NCBI GenBank assembly: GCA_043823745.1 | Contig: JBDRAN010000013.1 | Coordinates: 818 to 64,817, forward strand | DNA: 64,000 bases | Direction: 5' to 3' | DNA from: Candidatus Omnitrophota bacterium | Lineage (GTDB): Bacteria > Omnitrophota > Gorgyraeia > Duberdicusellales > 4484-171 | Shown here: positions 59,824-64,000 of the stretch, one piece after another | How positions within the stretch are numbered: position 1 is the stretch's first letter | How the letters are laid out: each line of letters starts with the position of its first letter | The notes under the pieces: model-generated | The model's database searches: none | What the model was told of the DNA's origin: nothing | The model's input: the letters and a program-made list of their open reading frames with translations, nothing else | Position numbers and translations under genes: made by a program

Positions 59824-60531
59824 ATGAGTCTACTGGCCAAAAAAGCGGATTTAAAGGCTTTGGTTGAAACACTTAACTTTAAGGAAAAGGTGGAACGTTC
59901 GAAACAGCTTATTAAAGAAGCATATGAACGTTACGGCGATTCTTTGGTTGTGGCAAATAGCTTGGGAAAAGATTCAGTCGCGGTCTGGGACTTGGCTAAA
60001 AACGTCAATCCTAACATACGCGGTTTTATCGTCACCACACGTTTTAAGCCGCCGGAAACGGTTGACTTTATGAACGCAGAGGTAAAGCGCCATCCCGAAT
60101 TGAAGGTTTATAAAAATGATAGCGAGATCGCCGAGAAACTTTATGAAACCAAGCCGGATCTATGCTGCGACATTCTTAAAGTTGAACCGGTCAAGCGCGC
60201 CATTGAAGAAATGCATGTGAGTTGCTGGGTCACGGGGTTGCGCTGCACCGAAGGTCGCACCCGCACTGATTTTCAGGAAATAGAGGAACGTGATACGGGG
60301 TTGATCAAGCTTAACCCTATCCTTATCTGGAAAGAGCGCGAGGTCTGGCAATATTTGGCACTGTATCAGGTGCCGGTAAATCCTTTATATGCGCAAGGGT
60401 ATCGTTCGCTCGGCTGCGCGCCCTGCACCAAAATTACCAATGATGAAAACGAACGCGCCGGCCGTTGGATCGGTACCAGTAAATGCGGCGGAGAATGTGG
60501 GATTCATACCCGTCCGTTGAAAGGGAAATAA
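59824..60531 (+). CDS. cysH: phosphoadenylyl/adenylyl-sulfate reductase (thioredoxin-dependent)
   Basis: PAPS-reductase fold with C-terminal CC...CxxC and the ECGIH redox motif (KCGGECGIHT). Confidence 0.7.
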   Translation: MSLLAKKADLKALVETLNFKEKVERSKQLIKEAYERYGDSLVVANSLGKDSVAVWDLAKNVNPNIRGFIVTTRFKPPETVDFMNAEVKRHPELKVYKNDSEIAEKLYETKPDLCCDILKVEPVKRAIEEMHVSCWVTGLRCTEGRTRTDFQEIEERDTGLIKLNPILIWKEREVWQYLALYQVPVNPLYAQGYRSLGCAPCTKITNDENERAGRWIGTSKCGGECGIHTRPLKGK

Positions 60532-61497
60532 ATGGTCATCGCGATCGTAATTATTATCGCTCTATTCCTGGCTTTGAACATGGGAATAAGCGGTTTTTCC
60601 GTAGCCTTTGCGCCTTCTTTTGGCAGCAATGTGCTTAGTAAAAATAAAGCGGCCGTGCTCTACGGCCTCTGTGTTATTGCCGGCAGTTGTTTGGTCGGGC
60701 CGCGCGTGGCAGAAACACTGGTGAGAAAAATATCATATTCTCAACTGAGCCTTTTTTCAGGTGGGATAATACTGGCGTCCTGTGCTGCCACCATGTTTCT
60801 CAGTAATTTGTTGAAAGTGCCGCAATCAACCAGTTTTGTGACGGTAGCGAGTTTTGTTGGCGCAGGCTTATTTCATGGAAACGTCAACTGGCATACCGTA
60901 GGGAAGATCGTGATATTTGCTATCATCTTCTCGTTGGTATCGTTTGCGCTTACTATTGTTATCAAACGTAAAATCTACCCGCCCCATCCAGGTAACCTGA
61001 GGTTTTATGAGAATTTCTTTATCCACCGGGAAAAGTTTAAGAAATTCATCATTTTCCACGACATGTACGCCGGTTTCAGCGTCGGGACAAATAATGTTGC
61101 CAACGTAGCGGCGCCTCTTTTAGGATTTTTAGGAATGGGTAACCTTTTTTGGTTTTTGGTAATGAGTCCCCTGTTCGGTGTGGGGGCATACCTGGGTGGC
61201 GCGCGCATGATTAACTCTGTCTCGAAAGAAATCATACCGGTTGGTGAATTCTCGGCAAGCATTGTATCGTTTATTACCGCTACGTTTGTGCTTATTGCGT
61301 CGCTGCTTGGATTACCGACACCCTACGTGCAATTTACGACGTTTTCTCTTTTGGGGATAAGTTGTGTAAAAGACGGCTTTAAACATACATCAGAAAAATC
61401 GATCGTAAAACGAATTTTATGGGTATGGGTTTTAGTCCCTTTTTTTACCGGCTTGTTAAGCTTTAGTTTGCATTTTATTTTCCGTAATTATGTGTAA
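60532..61497 (+). CDS. PiT-family inorganic anion permease, probable sulfate permease CysP
   Basis: Two GxNDxAN-like repeats (NMGISG; GTNNVANVAAPLLG). Location between cysH and cysK mirrors the B. subtilis cysH-cysP arrangement. Confidence 0.5.
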   Translation: MVIAIVIIIALFLALNMGISGFSVAFAPSFGSNVLSKNKAAVLYGLCVIAGSCLVGPRVAETLVRKISYSQLSLFSGGIILASCAATMFLSNLLKVPQSTSFVTVASFVGAGLFHGNVNWHTVGKIVIFAIIFSLVSFALTIVIKRKIYPPHPGNLRFYENFFIHREKFKKFIIFHDMYAGFSVGTNNVANVAAPLLGFLGMGNLFWFLVMSPLFGVGAYLGGARMINSVSKEIIPVGEFSASIVSFITATFVLIASLLGLPTPYVQFTTFSLLGISCVKDGFKHTSEKSIVKRILWVWVLVPFFTGLLSFSLHFIFRNYV

Positions 61498-61517
61498 TAA
61501 TCGTAGGAGGAAAAACC

Positions 61518-62456
61518 GTGAGCGAATATAATACAGATATTACCGGGAACATATTAGAGGCAATCGGGAAAACTCCCTTGGTGAAGCTTAACCGTATTGT
61601 CGTTCCTGGTATGGCACAGGTGCTCGCGAAACTGGAGTTATTAAATCCCGGTGGAAGCGTAAAAGATAGGATTGCCCTTGCTATGGTTGAGGATGCTGAG
61701 CAAAACGGGATTCTTAAGGCCGACTCGGTAGTAATTGAACCGACGAGTGGTAATACCGGAATAGGTTTAGCGATGGTATGTGCGATTAAAGGCTACCGAT
61801 GCATTATTGTAATGCCGGAAACGATGAGTTTAGAGCGAATGTATATATTACAAGCGTATGGCGCAGAAGTCGTGCTTACGCCAGGCAGCCAGGGGATGAA
61901 AGGGGCGATAAAGAAAGCAGAGGAGCTTTATAAAAAAAAACCTCATTCTTTCATACCGCAGCAGTTTAAACATCCGTCAAATCCCAAAGTGCATAGAGAA
62001 ACCACCGCAAAAGAAATCCTTGCACAGACCGGCGGTGAGCTTGACGTTTTTATTGCCGGTGTGGGTACGGGTGGGACAATAACGGGAGTAGGAGAAGTTC
62101 TCAAGAAGCATAACCCCGAAATTAAAATTATCGCTGTTGAGCCGGCGGAAAGCGCTGTTTTGTCGGGAGGGAAGCATAATCCTCACAAAATTCAAGGTAT
62201 CGGCGCGGGGTTTGTCCCAGAGATTTTGAATAGAGATATTATTGATGAAATTATTACGGTAAGTGATCAGGATGCCTATAGCAGTGCAAAGTTATTGACA
62301 AAAAAAGAAGGTATCTTTGGTGGTCCCTCTTCCGGCGCGGCCGTTTTTGCCGCGCTCAAGGTTGCCAAAATATTGGGTGAAGGTAAAAGAGTAGTAACGG
62401 TTTTTCCTGACACCGGAGAAAGATATTTTTCTATGACGCAGTACTTTGAGTTTTAA
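61518..62456 (+). CDS. cysK: cysteine synthase A (O-acetylserine sulfhydrylase)
   Basis: PLP-lysine region (SVKDR), PTSGNTGIGLA, and the GTGGT loop. Confidence 0.85.
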   Translation: MSEYNTDITGNILEAIGKTPLVKLNRIVVPGMAQVLAKLELLNPGGSVKDRIALAMVEDAEQNGILKADSVVIEPTSGNTGIGLAMVCAIKGYRCIIVMPETMSLERMYILQAYGAEVVLTPGSQGMKGAIKKAEELYKKKPHSFIPQQFKHPSNPKVHRETTAKEILAQTGGELDVFIAGVGTGGTITGVGEVLKKHNPEIKIIAVEPAESAVLSGGKHNPHKIQGIGAGFVPEILNRDIIDEIITVSDQDAYSSAKLLTKKEGIFGGPSSGAAVFAALKVAKILGEGKRVVTVFPDTGERYFSMTQYFEF

Positions 62457-62467
62457 GATATACGTCA

Positions 62468-62980
62468 GTGAAAAAATCTAAAACAAAAATGAACGTATAT
62501 TATCCTATAGCCATCAAGTTAAAAAACCAGCACGTGGTAGTCGTCGGCGGCGGCCCTGTTGCAGAGCGTAAAGTAGAAAGCCTGTGTGTAGCAGGTGCAT
62601 CCATCACGGTGGTTGCGCCTTGCGTCACCGATACGCTTAAGCGTTTAGCGTCAAAGAGAGCGTTAACGTGGATTAGCCGTTCGGTGAGAGCAGACGATCT
62701 AACAGGTTCACGAGTGGTGATCGCAGCTACTAATGATAGGGTAGTGAATAAAAAAGTGCGCCAATGGGCGAAGAAGAAAAATATCCTGGTTAATGTTGTG
62801 GATAACCTAGACTTGTGCGATTTTATTTCACCGGCAATTATCCGCACCAAGAAAGCAATCGTCACGGTTTATACCAACGGGAAAGACCCGATCTTGTCGC
62901 GGGATTTGAAAAATTTCTTACAGGAGCACCGGAATGAATTTCTATTGTATCGGCGTAAGCTTAAACAGCGCATCGCTTAA
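62468..62980 (+). CDS. sirC: precorrin-2 dehydrogenase / sirohydrochlorin ferrochelatase (siroheme synthase N-domain, SirC/Met8-like)
   Basis: N-terminal Rossmann (VVVVGGGPVAERKVESL), CysG N-domain-like; adjacent to hemA. Confidence 0.6.
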   Translation: MKKSKTKMNVYYPIAIKLKNQHVVVVGGGPVAERKVESLCVAGASITVVAPCVTDTLKRLASKRALTWISRSVRADDLTGSRVVIAATNDRVVNKKVRQWAKKKNILVNVVDNLDLCDFISPAIIRTKKAIVTVYTNGKDPILSRDLKNFLQEHRNEFLLYRRKLKQRIA

Positions 62981-63947
62981 TGAGCGCGAAGAGATCTACC
63001 GGCAGAGAGAACGTATTGAGAAGTTTTGGTTACGGGAAGGCGCGCATAGCGCGATTCTTGCAACCTGTAATCGTTTTGAGATTTACGGGGTTGATAGCGA
63101 CTCCCGTGCGCAGGAGCTCTGTGCGTGTTTTAGCCGGGCATTTCCCCTGTTTATGAAAGGATATTTTTTACATGGCTGCGCGCCGGTATTTAAGCATGCG
63201 CTGACGGTTGCCAGCGGCCTTGACTCACAACTGAAAGGCGAGGCGCAGATACTCAAGCAGGTTTCGGTATGGATGGCTCACGATGATTTTCCCGGCGTGC
63301 TTGGCGACTTATGGCGTCAAGCCTATCAGGCCGCGCGCCTGATCCGTCGTCGCGCAGGGCTCGATACCATCGAACATAACATTGCCACCCTTGTTTTTGC
63401 GGACCAGGCAGCATACCGGCCGCAGAGAGCGGGCTATACGGTGGCGGTGATCGGAACAGGCAAGCTCGCCGAGCTTCTTGCGTTGCATAAGCCGCCAGAG
63501 GTAAGCCTTATCTTTGTAAGCCGTAAACACCAGCGCAGAGCGTATGACTTGGCGCGTTCCTGCAATGGTACCGTTGTTAATTTTAGCGAAAGAAGTGCAT
63601 TATTTGGCGCGATCGATATGCTCGTGGCTGCTTCAGCCAGTCCGCATTTTATTATACGAAAGGAGATGTTTGCGGCAATGGCTTTTCGGCGCACGCCGCT
63701 TTTTCTGTATGATCTCTCGCTTCCGCGGCAGATTGAGCCGGAAGTCGGGTGCGTTAAGAATATTATTTTAAAAAATCTTGATGATCTGAGCCCGCTTTTT
63801 GAGCGTTCGAACGTCGATGTACAGCCAAAGCTTACGTACGCAAAAGTCTTGATTGAGGCTGTAGCTCGTACTCATCAGAGATATTTTTATGCAGAACATT
63901 TTAAAATTAGGGACTCGAGGGAGCCCGCTTGCCTTGCGGCAAGTTGA
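62934..63947 (+). CDS. hemA: glutamyl-tRNA reductase
   Basis: HemA N-terminal blocks (LATCNRFEIY; SGLDSQLKGEAQIL) and NADPH Rossmann (VIGTGKLA). Confidence 0.85.
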   Translation: MNFYCIGVSLNSASLNEREEIYRQRERIEKFWLREGAHSAILATCNRFEIYGVDSDSRAQELCACFSRAFPLFMKGYFLHGCAPVFKHALTVASGLDSQLKGEAQILKQVSVWMAHDDFPGVLGDLWRQAYQAARLIRRRAGLDTIEHNIATLVFADQAAYRPQRAGYTVAVIGTGKLAELLALHKPPEVSLIFVSRKHQRRAYDLARSCNGTVVNFSERSALFGAIDMLVAASASPHFIIRKEMFAAMAFRRTPLFLYDLSLPRQIEPEVGCVKNIILKNLDDLSPLFERSNVDVQPKLTYAKVLIEAVARTHQRYFYAEHFKIRDSREPACLAAS

Positions 63948-64000
63948 AGAATTTAAATCTTTGTTTCCTGTTGGCCGTTTTGATACGGTGGTGGTTGATA

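Overview
This is a 64-kb chromosomal segment from a bacterium, probably an anaerobe, and is almost entirely + strand coding. The + strand content, in order from the start of the window:
- 90-4864: an AmmeMemoRadiSam-type radical SAM enzyme, then a 1172-aa membrane fusion protein (spermidine-synthase-like domain plus FMN-binding and NosR/NapH-like polyferredoxin modules).
- 5062-8988: a transglutaminase-like secreted protein, a Cas4-like PD-(D/E)XK protein, a ferredoxin-domain protein and a PP-loop ATPase.
- 9288-14807: a complete biotin operon, bioB-bioF-bioH-bioC-bioD-bioA.
- 15192-23854: a visibly more AT-rich accessory island. It holds an ERCC4/XPF-like nuclease next to an XPD/DinG-family Fe-S helicase. 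It then holds a frameshifted GHKL (HATPase_c_3) ATPase, a pRiA4b-ORF3-like zinc-ribbon protein and a SEC-C-motif protein. It ends with a KilA-N protein, a TIM-barrel protein and a duplicated cas3 5' fragment.
- 24057-33703: a complete type I-E CRISPR-Cas locus. The gene order is cas3-cse1-cse2-cas6e-cas7-cas5-cas1-cas2, followed by a 21-repeat array.
- 33892-44520: a flavodoxin-like protein and an RsbW/RsbV-like partner-switching pair, then mlaE-mlaF-mlaD, four tandem FecR-domain secreted paralogs, an outer-membrane beta-barrel and a CHASE2-PP2C phosphatase.
- 44768-52607: fur-feoB, a DtxR/FeoA regulator, OsmC, an OmpA-like lipoprotein and a cupin.
- 52884-59009: nifU-nifS, then a TPP riboswitch controlling thiE-thiS-thiG-thiH-thiF.
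- 59069-63947: an Rrf2 (CymR-like) regulator with cysH, a PiT-family (CysP-like) permease and cysK, then sirC and hemA.
Several families of short palindromic intergenic repeats recur in 5' leaders and at cassette boundaries; some show compensatory stem changes.
The most novel-looking content is the two-cassette island between the biotin operon and cas3. Also notable are the repeat families that delimit it.
All protein calls come from reading motifs in the supplied translations; no database searches were possible.
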